From Candidatus Eiseniibacteriota bacterium (GTDB lineage Bacteria; Eisenbacteria; RBG-16-71-46; CAZAMP01), in assembly GCA_965224245.1 (NCBI GenBank), contig OZ245046.1, positions 1,184,001 through 1,248,000 of the forward strand: 64,000 bases of DNA, given 5' to 3'. Within the stretch, counting starts at the first letter, position 1. The number at the start of each line of letters is the position of its first letter. Below are positions 10,424 through 20,045 of the stretch, piece by piece. A program made the position numbers and the translations under genes. The notes beneath the pieces were generated by a model, which was not told the origin of the DNA, ran no database searches, and worked only from the letters and a program-made list of their open reading frames with translations.

Positions 10424-11185
10424 GTGGATGCCCGGCGCCGGAACGGCGGAGCCTATACCCGGCACGAGCTCAAGTTCCCACTACCGGTCGCGCTCGTCGA
10501 CGAGATCCGATCGCGAGTGGAGAGCCACGTGGAGCCGGACCCCAACGCCGCCGGAGACGGCCGCGCCGTGTACACCGTGCGGAGTATCTACTTCGACACC
10601 GAGGATCTTCGCTTCTACTTCGAGAAGATCGACGGGCGCCGCACGCGCCGGAAGCTTCGCATCCGGACGTACGGCTCGAAGGCATCGGCGACGAACGCGT
10701 TCCTCGAGATCAAGCGCAAGCTGGACCGCACGTCGTTCAAGGAACGCGCCCGGGTCCCGGTGGCGGCCGTTTCGGCCATCCTGTCCTCGCGCTGGCCGGA
10801 TCCGCCGGACGCCGCCGCGCTCGACCGCGTGGGGGAGCGCGAAAGACGGGTGATCGAGAAGTTCCGGTACAACATGGACGTGTGCGAGCTCCGGCCCAGC
10901 GTGCTCGTGACCTACGATCGCGAGCCCTACGTCGCCACGCGCGGCGACATGGCGCGCGTGACATTCGACATGAACCTGCGTAGTCTCATCCGGCCCGGGC
11001 CGGACGATCTCTTCTCCGAGCGCCCGTTGCGCGAGTTTCACTCGGGGGGCTTCGTGCTGGAGCTGAAGTTCGACGAGTTCATGCCGCGCTGGATGGCCGA
11101 TCTCATGTCGGCCTTCAATCTCCGATCTCGAGCGTTCTCGAAGTACTGCCACGGCATCGACGCCTGGGAATGTCACGCCAAATGA
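10424..11185 (+). CDS. VTC-domain (polyphosphate polymerase / TTM tunnel fold) protein
   Basis: RHELKF, VRSIYFDT..LRFY.EK..G...RRKLRIRTY, FLEIKRK, YDREPY, RVTFD, VLELKF, FSKYC. Confidence 0.9.
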   Translation: MDARRRNGGAYTRHELKFPLPVALVDEIRSRVESHVEPDPNAAGDGRAVYTVRSIYFDTEDLRFYFEKIDGRRTRRKLRIRTYGSKASATNAFLEIKRKLDRTSFKERARVPVAAVSAILSSRWPDPPDAAALDRVGERERRVIEKFRYNMDVCELRPSVLVTYDREPYVATRGDMARVTFDMNLRSLIRPGPDDLFSERPLREFHSGGFVLELKFDEFMPRWMADLMSAFNLRSRAFSKYCHGIDAWECHAK

Positions 11186-11212
11186 CCGAGACTCCGCGCC
11201 GAGACGGCAGAG

Positions 11213-11911
11213 GTGACCTCCTTGGATGACTTCCTGCAAGGTCTGGCGATCCAGCCCGAGCCGTGGACGGTTCCCCAGATCGGGGTCAACATCGGGGTCG
11301 CGTTCGTCCTGGGCGTGTTGATCTCCTGGGTCTACCGGAGTACGCACCGCCAGCTCGCGGTGTCGTTCTCGCTGATGAACACGCTCGTGCTCCTGGCCAT
11401 GATCATGTCCATGGTCATGATGGTGATCGGCAACGACATCGCTCGTGCGTTCGGTCTGGCCGGCGCCATGTCGATCATCCGCTTCCGGACCGTGGTCAAA
11501 GACACCCGCGACACGGCATTCGTGTTCTTCGCGATCGGCGCCGGGATGGCGGCGGGCACCGGCAACCTCAAGATCGCCGTCGCGGGCACGCTGCTCATCT
11601 CGATCGGCGCCGAGATCCTCCACTGGACCCGACACGGGGCCGCGGCACGACGCTCGTATCTGCTCACCTTCGACGTGGCTCCCGAGCAGGCAGAGAGCGG
11701 CGCGGAGGTGTTCCGCGGCGTGTTCGACGCGCAGCTGGCGCGGCAGTCCCTGGTGAGCGTGAAGTCGGTCCGCATGGGACAGTTCCTGTCGCTCACCTAC
11801 CAGGTGGAGCTGCAGCCGCGCGCCACTTCGGAGCGCCTGGTGGCCGAGCTCTCGGCGCTCGAAGGCGTGCACCGCGTGACGCTCTCGTTCGGGGAAGAGG
11901 CCGAGAACTAG
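11213..11911 (+). CDS. DUF4956 membrane protein (MgtC-like TM region + ACT-like C-terminal domain)
   Basis: GNDIARAFGLAGAMSIIRFRTVVKDTRDTAFVFFAIGAGMAAG signature; several TM helices. Confidence 0.9.
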   Translation: MTSLDDFLQGLAIQPEPWTVPQIGVNIGVAFVLGVLISWVYRSTHRQLAVSFSLMNTLVLLAMIMSMVMMVIGNDIARAFGLAGAMSIIRFRTVVKDTRDTAFVFFAIGAGMAAGTGNLKIAVAGTLLISIGAEILHWTRHGAAARRSYLLTFDVAPEQAESGAEVFRGVFDAQLARQSLVSVKSVRMGQFLSLTYQVELQPRATSERLVAELSALEGVHRVTLSFGEEAEN

Positions 11912-11936
11912 CGTCGTCCAGGGTCGTGGGCGCCGG

Positions 11937-14015
11937 TCAATCCATCCGTACGATGGGCAACGTCGACGTCCGGCCGCCGCCGTCGACGCGAATCAGATAG
12001 CGACCGGCCGCCGCCGTTCGTCCGTCGTCGTCGCGCCCGTCCCAGTCGAGCGCATGCTCTCCGGACTCCAGCCTTCCCGCGAACAAGCGGCGTACCCGGC
12101 GGCCCGAGACGTCGAACACGTCGATGGCCAGGTCCGCGGGGTCGAGAAGCGAAAGCGACAGCCGCACGGAGCGAAGGCCCGGATTGGGGGCGGCATGGAG
12201 GACGAGCACCGCCGGCCCGTTCGATCCGGGGCTGATACCCAGCGGCTCGGGATTCGGGCCGCCGGGCGTGGGGGTGGTGAGCGCGGTCCAGCTGGCGACC
12301 CCGTTGGGCACGCGGCCCTCGCTCACGTCGGGCTCTTGTGGTCCATAGTCGTAGTAGTCCTGGACGGTCGTGCTGTCGGCGCCGGTGAGCATGACGACCT
12401 CCGATCCGCTCGACGAGAGGCTGAACCCGAGCGCCGTCTCGAACACCACGAGATACTCGTTCTCGCCGATCGTGGTACCCGCAGGGAAGCGGTACTTCAT
12501 CGGCTCGTCGGCATCGTCGGTGAGTCCCCACGCGCCGATGCCGACGGCGCTGTCTCCGCGGTTGTAGATCTCGATCCAGTCGTCCACGCCACCGATCGCA
12601 CTGGTCGTGAGCAGCTCGTTGAGGCACACCGCCGAGAAGAGCTGCGAGGTGTCGTTCGGCGTCCCCGGGGTCGGCGAGAGCAGATACTCCGGCGCGGTGG
12701 CGTCTCCCTCGGGGAAGTAGCCGAACGAGACGTCTTCTTGCTGTGGACCGAAGGACATCGCGTCCACCACGGTGTTGCCGTACGTCGCGGCGTCGAACAG
12801 GAAGAGTGACTCGCCCCCGGCGGATAGCCGAAACGTCGTGTGGCGCGGGCCATCTGCGGGGTCGCCGTCCGCCCAGAACATCACACGCTCACCGGGCGCG
12901 AGCGGGGTCGATGGAACGGCCCACATCTGCGTCTCGCCTGCGTCGTCGGACAGGTACATCCCGCCGAGGTCGACGCTGACCGCGTCGACGTTGAGGATCT
13001 CGATCCAGTCGTCGTAGTCGCCGGCCTCGTCCGAGGCCGTGGTGGCGTTGTCGGCCACGATCTCGTTGATTCGAACGCGCGGCGGCGTGTAGCCGACGAC
13101 ATAGCCCAGCACCGTTGTGGGCGCCCCCGCCGGGACGTTCGTGCGCCGACCGCCGCCGTCGACCGCGCTGACGAAGTACCGGACCGCGGTCCCCGTCGCG
13201 CGGGGGGCGATGACGGCCGTGTACACCGAATCGCCGGCCACGGCGTCGCCGAGCATGCCGTCGTCGCGCATCGCGGTCGGTGAGTAGCCGCCACCGTCGG
13301 AGACGAAGACGGCCGTGCTCACCACGACGTCGTCGTCCACGATGCGCGCCGCGATCGTCACGACGTCCGAGTCGATCGGCAGCCCGGGAACTCGGGTGAG
13401 GTCGGAGATCACGGGCGGGCGTGCGACGAGCACCGTGTTCGGGGCTCCGGGCGTGCCCGCGGGGTAGCCGTTGAGGCTGACCCCCCAGGAGGAGGCGAGC
13501 CCGTTGTCCGAGGCGGGATCGATCAGCTCCAGCGACGGGCCATCTCCGTCGGCCTCGGGCGGCCAGGGCGGGTCGTCGTCGTATGCGACGTCGTCGACCA
13601 TCGTCGAGCCGTCGTCGAAGAGCCGCACCGCGTCGCCGCCGTTGCCGAGTCCGAAGTCGAGGTTTCCGACCACCGGCACCGCCCCGCCGTACCTGGCGCG
13701 CATGCCGATCGTATCGGCCGAGACCACGAGGAAGCTCCCGGGCGCCAGGGCGACACCGCCAGGGATCGTGAACACGTGGGCGTCGTCGTCGTCCCGGAGC
13801 GACCATCCCGCGAGATCGATCGTGCTGGTTCCCGCGTTGAAGAGCTCCACGTACTCGGTGTCCACGTCGGCGCTGTTGTACATGATCTCGTTGATCACGA
13901 TGTCGCCGGGAGCGGAAGGAGCGGGGGCGTCGCTCCCCGGCGCCGCGGGCGCCGCGATGCGGACTGCGGCGCACAGGGACGCGATCGAGATGAGGGAGAC
14001 GACTCGGCGGTGCAT
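11937..14015 (-). CDS. Secreted protein with three lamin-tail domains and FlgD/T9SS-like CTD; no kinase domain
   Basis: GAGGAG RBS before ATG 14015. IVINEIMYN, VRINEIVADN and VCLNELL units with E/DWIE and (T/S)PG.PN motifs; MRDDG..GD..AGD motif; CTD. Confidence 0.85.
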   Translation of the reverse strand: MHRRVVSLISIASLCAAVRIAAPAAPGSDAPAPSAPGDIVINEIMYNSADVDTEYVELFNAGTSTIDLAGWSLRDDDDAHVFTIPGGVALAPGSFLVVSADTIGMRARYGGAVPVVGNLDFGLGNGGDAVRLFDDGSTMVDDVAYDDDPPWPPEADGDGPSLELIDPASDNGLASSWGVSLNGYPAGTPGAPNTVLVARPPVISDLTRVPGLPIDSDVVTIAARIVDDDVVVSTAVFVSDGGGYSPTAMRDDGMLGDAVAGDSVYTAVIAPRATGTAVRYFVSAVDGGGRRTNVPAGAPTTVLGYVVGYTPPRVRINEIVADNATTASDEAGDYDDWIEILNVDAVSVDLGGMYLSDDAGETQMWAVPSTPLAPGERVMFWADGDPADGPRHTTFRLSAGGESLFLFDAATYGNTVVDAMSFGPQQEDVSFGYFPEGDATAPEYLLSPTPGTPNDTSQLFSAVCLNELLTTSAIGGVDDWIEIYNRGDSAVGIGAWGLTDDADEPMKYRFPAGTTIGENEYLVVFETALGFSLSSSGSEVVMLTGADSTTVQDYYDYGPQEPDVSEGRVPNGVASWTALTTPTPGGPNPEPLGISPGSNGPAVLVLHAAPNPGLRSVRLSLSLLDPADLAIDVFDVSGRRVRRLFAGRLESGEHALDWDGRDDDGRTAAAGRYLIRVDGGGRTSTLPIVRMD

Positions 14016-14386
14016 GAGTCTCCTCGGAAGCGTGCGACACGCCAGTGGATCGAGATCAAGCATACCACGACCGTCTGCGTGTCCCGGCGGGCCACGGTGA
14101 CCGCCGGCCGCGCCGGCTGCGCACCGGGTGCGCTGCGGAGCTGCCGCATCGATGGCGTGCCGCCGGGGCGCCTCCCATCTCATCGAGCGGCACGTTTCCG
14201 ACCACCACGTCCACGGACCGGGCATCCGACCGGCACGTCGATGGTGATTGCGCGAGTGCCCGGCGAGCAGGTCGGACCGTGGTGCCGTGAGGAGATCCCT
14301 GCTAGAATCCTGCCATTCGCCACTCGCCCGGTACCGGGGACGACCCGTGCCGTCGTCGACGTCCAGTGGCAGGAACGGGGGCGGGA

Positions 14387-17300
14387 ATGACCGGTCTTCG
14401 GTCCTTGCTGATCGGTGCCACGCTTGTCTTCGCCTGCGCAGCGCACGGCTACGAGCAGCGCTTCAACTGCGGTGGGCCGGCTTACACCGCCGTGTCCGGC
14501 GACCTGTTCGCCGCCGACCAGCCCTACTCGGCCGGCGGCGCCGGCTACGTGTGGAGCGCGTTCGCCGACGACACCTGGGAGCCCATCCGCGGCACCCCGG
14601 ACGACTTTCTCTACGAGACCGTCCGGATGGGCAGCTACCGGTTCGACGTACCGAACGGCTGGTACCTGCTCACGGTTCACGTTTGCGACTTCTGGAGCCA
14701 CGGCCCACGCCAGAACCAGTACGACGTGCTGGCAGATGGTACCCAGGTGATCGCCGATCTCGACATCTATGCCGAGGTCGGCAAGGACCACCCGATGGTG
14801 TTCCGGTTCGCCGTCGAGATCACCGACGGCGCGCTGGACGTCGACACGCACGTCGACCGTCGCCACGCCTACCTCAACGCGCTCGAGGTCGAGTCGATCG
14901 TCCCCGACTCCGATGCTCCCGCGATTCCGGTCGGCCTGGTCGGGTACGACGGCTACAACCGGACCTCGCTTCGCTGGGATCCGAACACCGAGTCCGATCT
15001 GGCGGGCTACCGCGTGTACCGGAAGACCGAGCCCGCGGGGTCGTGGGTGCTCCTGACGGCGACGCCGCGCGTGGCCACGTGGTACCACGACGACACGGCC
15101 GTGGTCGGCACGTCCTACCGCTACCGGATCCGCGCGATCGACGTCTTCGGCAACCAGAGCGCCGACTCGCCGGACACGCCGGCGTCGCCCCGATCGATCG
15201 CCACGTCGACGCGTCCGGTGTACGAGATCTTCATGGATCTCGCCGATCTCGACGTGCTCAACACCGACGAGGCCACGCAGGGCGACGAGTACTTCCCGGC
15301 CACGTTCGTGGCGGGCGGCCAGGTGTTCCAGAACGTCGGCGTCCGGTACCGCGGAAACATCACGCGGACGCTTCCCAAGAAGTCCTGGAAGGTCCGGTTC
15401 AACGACGACGAGCTCTTCACCGCGACGGACCGGCTCAACCTGATCGCCGAGTACCCGGACATGTCGTTCATGCGCGAGTATCTCGCGTACGAGATGCTCC
15501 GCGAGAGCGGTCTCCCGTCGTCCACCAGCCGGATGATCAACCTGATGCTGAACGGCGAGTACATGGGCGTCTTCAACGACGTCCAGCAGGTCGACGAGAT
15601 ATACCTGCTCGAGAACGGCTTCACCGTGGGCGGCGACCTCTACAAGTGCGAGTCCGACTTCTCGGTGCTCCCCGACACGACCGCCTACGAGGCGGCGTAC
15701 GAGAACGAGACGAACCCCGGCGAGGGATACGGCGACCTGATCGACCTGATCCTCCGCGTGAACGAGACCCCGACCGACGTTCTCTGGCAGGCGCTGGCGC
15801 CTGATCTGGACATTCAGAACGCGGTCATGTGGTACAGCATCAACGTGTTCCTGGCGAACATGGACTTCCGATACAAGAACTACTACGTCTACCACGACGA
15901 GTCCGCCGATCGCTGGTCGTTCATCCCGTGGGACGTCGACTTCACCTTCGGCAAGGTCGCCATCTTCGATCAGAGCTACTACTCCGCGTCGTCGCTCTTT
16001 CTCGGAAGCGCCCACAAGTGGGCCTCGCGCATCCAGTCCACGCCGGCGCTGCGACGACTGCACCTCGAGAACATGACCTGGCTCGCGAACGACATACTCA
16101 CACCGGCGGTGTGGGTGCCCCGGATCCAGGCACTGCACGCCGATCTCACCGGGGACGTGACCATCGACTGGAGCAAGTTCGCGGTGACCGACCTCGCGGC
16201 GTTCGAGGCCGGGGAGCTCGGGATCGAGACCTTCCTCACGGATCGGGGACAGTTCGTCAGGGACAGCGCACCCGCGGTGGTCACGGACGACGGCCTGGTG
16301 ATCAACGAGTTCATGGCCCGGAACGCGACCACGGTTTTCGACGAGGCCGGAGAGCCCGAGGACTGGATCGAGATCTACAACGGATCGCCCGGCGCCAAGG
16401 ATCTCACCGGGATGTACCTGACCGACGATCCGGAGAACACCACCAAGTGGCCCATCCCACCGCTGGTGCTGGAGCCGGGGGGCTACGCGCTCTTCTGGGC
16501 CGACGACAGCGTGGCCGCCGGGCCGATGCACACGAACTTCCGGCTCGACGGCGACGGCGAGTTCGTGGGACTGTTCGAGTCGCTGGCGGCCGCGAACGTC
16601 CCACTCGACGTGCAGTACTTCGGCCCACAGCTCGTCGACGTCTCGCGTGGACGGTACGGCGAAGGCGAGCTGTACTGGACCGCGTTCGGCAATCCCTCTC
16701 CCGGGGGCGCGGCGAACGGTCCACCCAACGATCCGCCGGTCATCTCGGGGACGACACACACGCCCGCGTTTCCGGGCGCGATGGATCCCATCGACGTGTC
16801 GGCCTCGATTCAGGACCCGGACGGGATCGTGGAGGCGCTCGTCGTGTTCTCCGACGGTGCCGTGGTCGACTCGCTGGCGATGGCGGACGACGGAGCGAGC
16901 GGCGATGGCGAAGCCGGGGACGGGGTGTTCGGGGCCACGATTCCCGCGCAGCCCGACGGCACGACGCTCGACTACTTCATCCACGCACGGGATGGGGCGG
17001 GTGTGTCGGCCACCGATCCGATCGGCGCACCGGGCGAGACGTACGTCGTCGCCGTGGGCTACGCGCCACCGCCGTTGACCGTGAACGAGTTCATGGCCGA
17101 CAACACGGCCAGCTACGCGGACGAGTCCGGGGACTTCGACGACTGGGTCGAGATCCACAACGGCGGCACGACTCCGGTTCAGCTGGGCGACATGACGCTC
17201 ACCGACGATCTCCTCGTGCCCACGAAGTGGGCGTTTCCGGACACGATCCTGGCCCCCGGCGGTTTTCTCGTCGTCTTCTGCGACAACGAGCCGGGAGAGG

Positions 17301-18595
17301 GGCCGCTCCACGCGACCTTCCGGCTCGGGGCCGACGGCGAGGAGATCGGGCTATTCGAGCGCGTCGCGCTGGGAGGCGGACAGCTCGATGCGATCACGTT
17401 CGGCGCGCAGCGTCCCGACATCTCGTACGGACGCTACCCCGATGGCGGTGCCGCGCTGCAGTTCTTCGGGATTCCCACGCCGGGCGCGCCGAACGAGCCC
17501 GGCAACGCACCCCCGAACATCACCGACGTGGCCATCTCTCCGGATCCACCGGCGGCTGACTCCCCGGTCGTGGTCACGGCGGAGATCGTGGACGATGCGT
17601 CGGTCGCGGAAGCACACCTGCTCTACGACGCGACGGGGGCCGAGGAGTTCGTGCCGGTTCGGATGTGGGACGACGGCCTCCACGGGGATGGCGTCGGTGG
17701 CGATCGGGTGTACGGCGCGTCCATTCCCGGGTATCCCGATGGCACCGTGGTGCGGTTCTACCTGGAGGCCGAGGACGGAGAGGGGCTGGTCACCGCCGAC
17801 CCACCCGCGGGCGCGGAGGCCCCCTACGGATACCAGATCGGATACGTGTCACCGGCGCTCGCCGTCAACGAGATCATGGCCCTCAACACGACCACGATCG
17901 CCGACGAGATGGGGGAGTTCGACGACTGGGTCGAGATCCTGAACGACGGTCCGGACGCGGTCGATCTGGGGGGGCTGTACCTCTCCGACGATCTCGAGGC
18001 GCCGACGGCGTGGGCGTTGCCGGAGACGACGCTGGCCCCGGGCGGGTTCCTGCTCGTGTGGTGCGATGCGACGCCCGAGCAGGGTCCCCTCCACGCGTCC
18101 TTCCGACTGTCCGCCGACGGCGAGGAGATCGGGCTCTTCGAGTCGGAGAGTCAGTTCTTCGCACTGATCGACGGGTTCTCGTTCGCGGCGCAGATGCCGG
18201 ATACCTCCTACGGGCGGTTCCCCGACGGGTCTGGCGCGCTGCGCTACATGCCCATCCCGACTCCGGGCGCTCCGAACGAGCTGATCGGTGCTCCGGAGTC
18301 GCCGGGCATGCCGGGTGCGTTCACGATGCACGCGGCCTCACCCAATCCCTTCCGGAGCCGGGTGGCCCTGTCGTTCGATCTGCCCGAGGAGCGGGCCGAG
18401 GTTCGTCTCATGATCTACGACGTCGCGGGACGCCGGGTTCGCACGCTCGTCTCCGAGCCTCGGCGGCCGGGTCGCCATCTCGTCGTGTGGAACGGTCGCA
18501 CCGAGGACGGGCTCTCGTGCCGGCCCGGCGTGTACTTCGTGCGCCTGACCGCCGGCGCGGACCGTGCCTTGCGAAAGCTCATCAAGCTCGAGTAG
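14387..18595 (+). CDS. Secreted CotH-family kinase: malectin-like, FN3, CotH, three lamin-tail domains, FlgD/T9SS-like CTD
   Basis: RFNCGG malectin-like start; WDPNTESDLAGYRVYR FN3; CotH motifs VRYRGN, KKSWKVRF, MREYLAY, NMD..KNYYVY, IPWDVD; three (I/V)NE(F/I)MA LTD units; CTD SPNPF..IYDVAGRRVRTL. Confidence 0.9.
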   Translation: MTGLRSLLIGATLVFACAAHGYEQRFNCGGPAYTAVSGDLFAADQPYSAGGAGYVWSAFADDTWEPIRGTPDDFLYETVRMGSYRFDVPNGWYLLTVHVCDFWSHGPRQNQYDVLADGTQVIADLDIYAEVGKDHPMVFRFAVEITDGALDVDTHVDRRHAYLNALEVESIVPDSDAPAIPVGLVGYDGYNRTSLRWDPNTESDLAGYRVYRKTEPAGSWVLLTATPRVATWYHDDTAVVGTSYRYRIRAIDVFGNQSADSPDTPASPRSIATSTRPVYEIFMDLADLDVLNTDEATQGDEYFPATFVAGGQVFQNVGVRYRGNITRTLPKKSWKVRFNDDELFTATDRLNLIAEYPDMSFMREYLAYEMLRESGLPSSTSRMINLMLNGEYMGVFNDVQQVDEIYLLENGFTVGGDLYKCESDFSVLPDTTAYEAAYENETNPGEGYGDLIDLILRVNETPTDVLWQALAPDLDIQNAVMWYSINVFLANMDFRYKNYYVYHDESADRWSFIPWDVDFTFGKVAIFDQSYYSASSLFLGSAHKWASRIQSTPALRRLHLENMTWLANDILTPAVWVPRIQALHADLTGDVTIDWSKFAVTDLAAFEAGELGIETFLTDRGQFVRDSAPAVVTDDGLVINEFMARNATTVFDEAGEPEDWIEIYNGSPGAKDLTGMYLTDDPENTTKWPIPPLVLEPGGYALFWADDSVAAGPMHTNFRLDGDGEFVGLFESLAAANVPLDVQYFGPQLVDVSRGRYGEGELYWTAFGNPSPGGAANGPPNDPPVISGTTHTPAFPGAMDPIDVSASIQDPDGIVEALVVFSDGAVVDSLAMADDGASGDGEAGDGVFGATIPAQPDGTTLDYFIHARDGAGVSATDPIGAPGETYVVAVGYAPPPLTVNEFMADNTASYADESGDFDDWVEIHNGGTTPVQLGDMTLTDDLLVPTKWAFPDTILAPGGFLVVFCDNEPGEGPLHATFRLGADGEEIGLFERVALGGGQLDAITFGAQRPDISYGRYPDGGAALQFFGIPTPGAPNEPGNAPPNITDVAISPDPPAADSPVVVTAEIVDDASVAEAHLLYDATGAEEFVPVRMWDDGLHGDGVGGDRVYGASIPGYPDGTVVRFYLEAEDGEGLVTADPPAGAEAPYGYQIGYVSPALAVNEIMALNTTTIADEMGEFDDWVEILNDGPDAVDLGGLYLSDDLEAPTAWALPETTLAPGGFLLVWCDATPEQGPLHASFRLSADGEEIGLFESESQFFALIDGFSFAAQMPDTSYGRFPDGSGALRYMPIPTPGAPNELIGAPESPGMPGAFTMHAASPNPFRSRVALSFDLPEERAEVRLMIYDVAGRRVRTLVSEPRRPGRHLVVWNGRTEDGLSCRPGVYFVRLTAGADRALRKLIKLE

Positions 18596-18688
18596 CGCGC
18601 AGGAGACCCCGTCGGGCGGCGGGATCTCTCCACACCAACCGCGCCCGTCCCCGCGGCTGCCGGACTCGGCACGCAGTCTCGCCCGAGG

Positions 18689-19726
18689 TCACCGGACGAG
18701 CGAGATCCGCCGTGTCACGACGGCACCCGGCCGATCGAGCCGTTCCACGCGAACGAAGTAGCAGCCGGAGGGGGCCCGGTCCCCGGGCGCCCAGGCGAGA
18801 ACGTGCCGGCCCGGCGCCACCGCTCCCGACGCGAGCTCGGCCACCCGGCGTCCGGCGGCATCGAAGACGTCCGCGCGGACCGCGAGAGCCTGCTCGGCAT
18901 CGAGGGCCACCCGAACGTCCGCACGCGCCGGATTGGGGCCGACCGAGAGCACGCGAAGTCCTTTCGGTGCCGCGTCGGCGAAGCCGACACCGACGGTCCC
19001 CCGGAAGTCGTCGTACAGCTCCTGCAGGAGATCGATCGGGTTCTGACTGGACGTCGTGCTGTTGACGTTGAGATCCATCCAGAGGTCGGATACCGCATCC
19101 CCGGGCTTCGCCACGCGGATGAACGCGGAGATCGCCGGCTTCGACGTGCAGCGGGTGTCGGCGCCCGGCACGTTCGCGGCCTGAAGCGCGGCCATCAGCT
19201 TGTCGGCGAGATCGCCCGGCGTCGTCTGGAACGCGGTGGCCATGTCGTCGAGGATCACCTGGCCCAGGAGGATGTTGCCGGCCACGACGAACGTGGGGAA
19301 CAGGTCGTGCCCCTTGTAGTCGTAGCAGTTCTCCCCGGTGAACCCCGCGGTGCGGCCACCATCCACGAGGTCGACGATTCCGTACTGCCGGACGGTCGGA
19401 TCGCCCTGAGCGTCGTTGACCACGAGCGAATCGATGATGTCCTCGGGAGCGAAGCCGGCGTCCATCAGGGCGCGTGCGTAGGCCTGATTGGTACCGTTCC
19501 AGAACGACTGGGTGTGGATCACACCCAGATCCGGGTGCACGTCGCTGAGGATGATCGACCCCGAGATGCAGGATGCCCCGGCGCTGCCGACCTCTCCGGT
19601 CGCGGGATCCACCGCCGCGATCGAGAACGTGGCGTGCGCCGATGGGGCCCATGTCGCCAGAGCCGCGGCGAGGAGAAGCGGCTCGAGGCGTGACGGGCGC
19701 GAGAGCGATGGATGCAGGCGAAACAT
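18689..19726 (-). CDS. Secreted DUF1028 (Ntn-hydrolase-like) protein with T9SS-like CTD
   Basis: AHA|TFSIAAVDPATGEVG, RQYGIVD..G.TAGFTG, VAGNIL; CTD GPNP..VFDAAGRRV. Confidence 0.85.
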   Translation of the reverse strand: MFRLHPSLSRPSRLEPLLLAAALATWAPSAHATFSIAAVDPATGEVGSAGASCISGSIILSDVHPDLGVIHTQSFWNGTNQAYARALMDAGFAPEDIIDSLVVNDAQGDPTVRQYGIVDLVDGGRTAGFTGENCYDYKGHDLFPTFVVAGNILLGQVILDDMATAFQTTPGDLADKLMAALQAANVPGADTRCTSKPAISAFIRVAKPGDAVSDLWMDLNVNSTTSSQNPIDLLQELYDDFRGTVGVGFADAAPKGLRVLSVGPNPARADVRVALDAEQALAVRADVFDAAGRRVAELASGAVAPGRHVLAWAPGDRAPSGCYFVRVERLDRPGAVVTRRISLVR

Positions 19727-20045
19727 GGCGGACTCCAGTCGGCCCCGGCGGGCCGTGCTCGAAACGGCGAGGGCGCGAGGCTCGACTATACCGCATTCCT
19801 CCGGCCTCCGATCACCAGAAGGCGGCGGAGACACCGGGCGAGCCCGCGTGCATGGATCTCCACCGGACGCCCCGGACGAGACCACGAGCGGACGGACCTG
19901 GGAGTGGCAACACGCCGGCTCCCTCGCGAGCCGCATCCGCGGGACCGCCGCCGCCCACCGCGTTCCCGAGAAGCCCCGGTGACTGATACACTCGTGGGCC
20001 TGGATGGGTGGTTCTAACGTCCTTGCGTCACACGAGGAGGGAATC

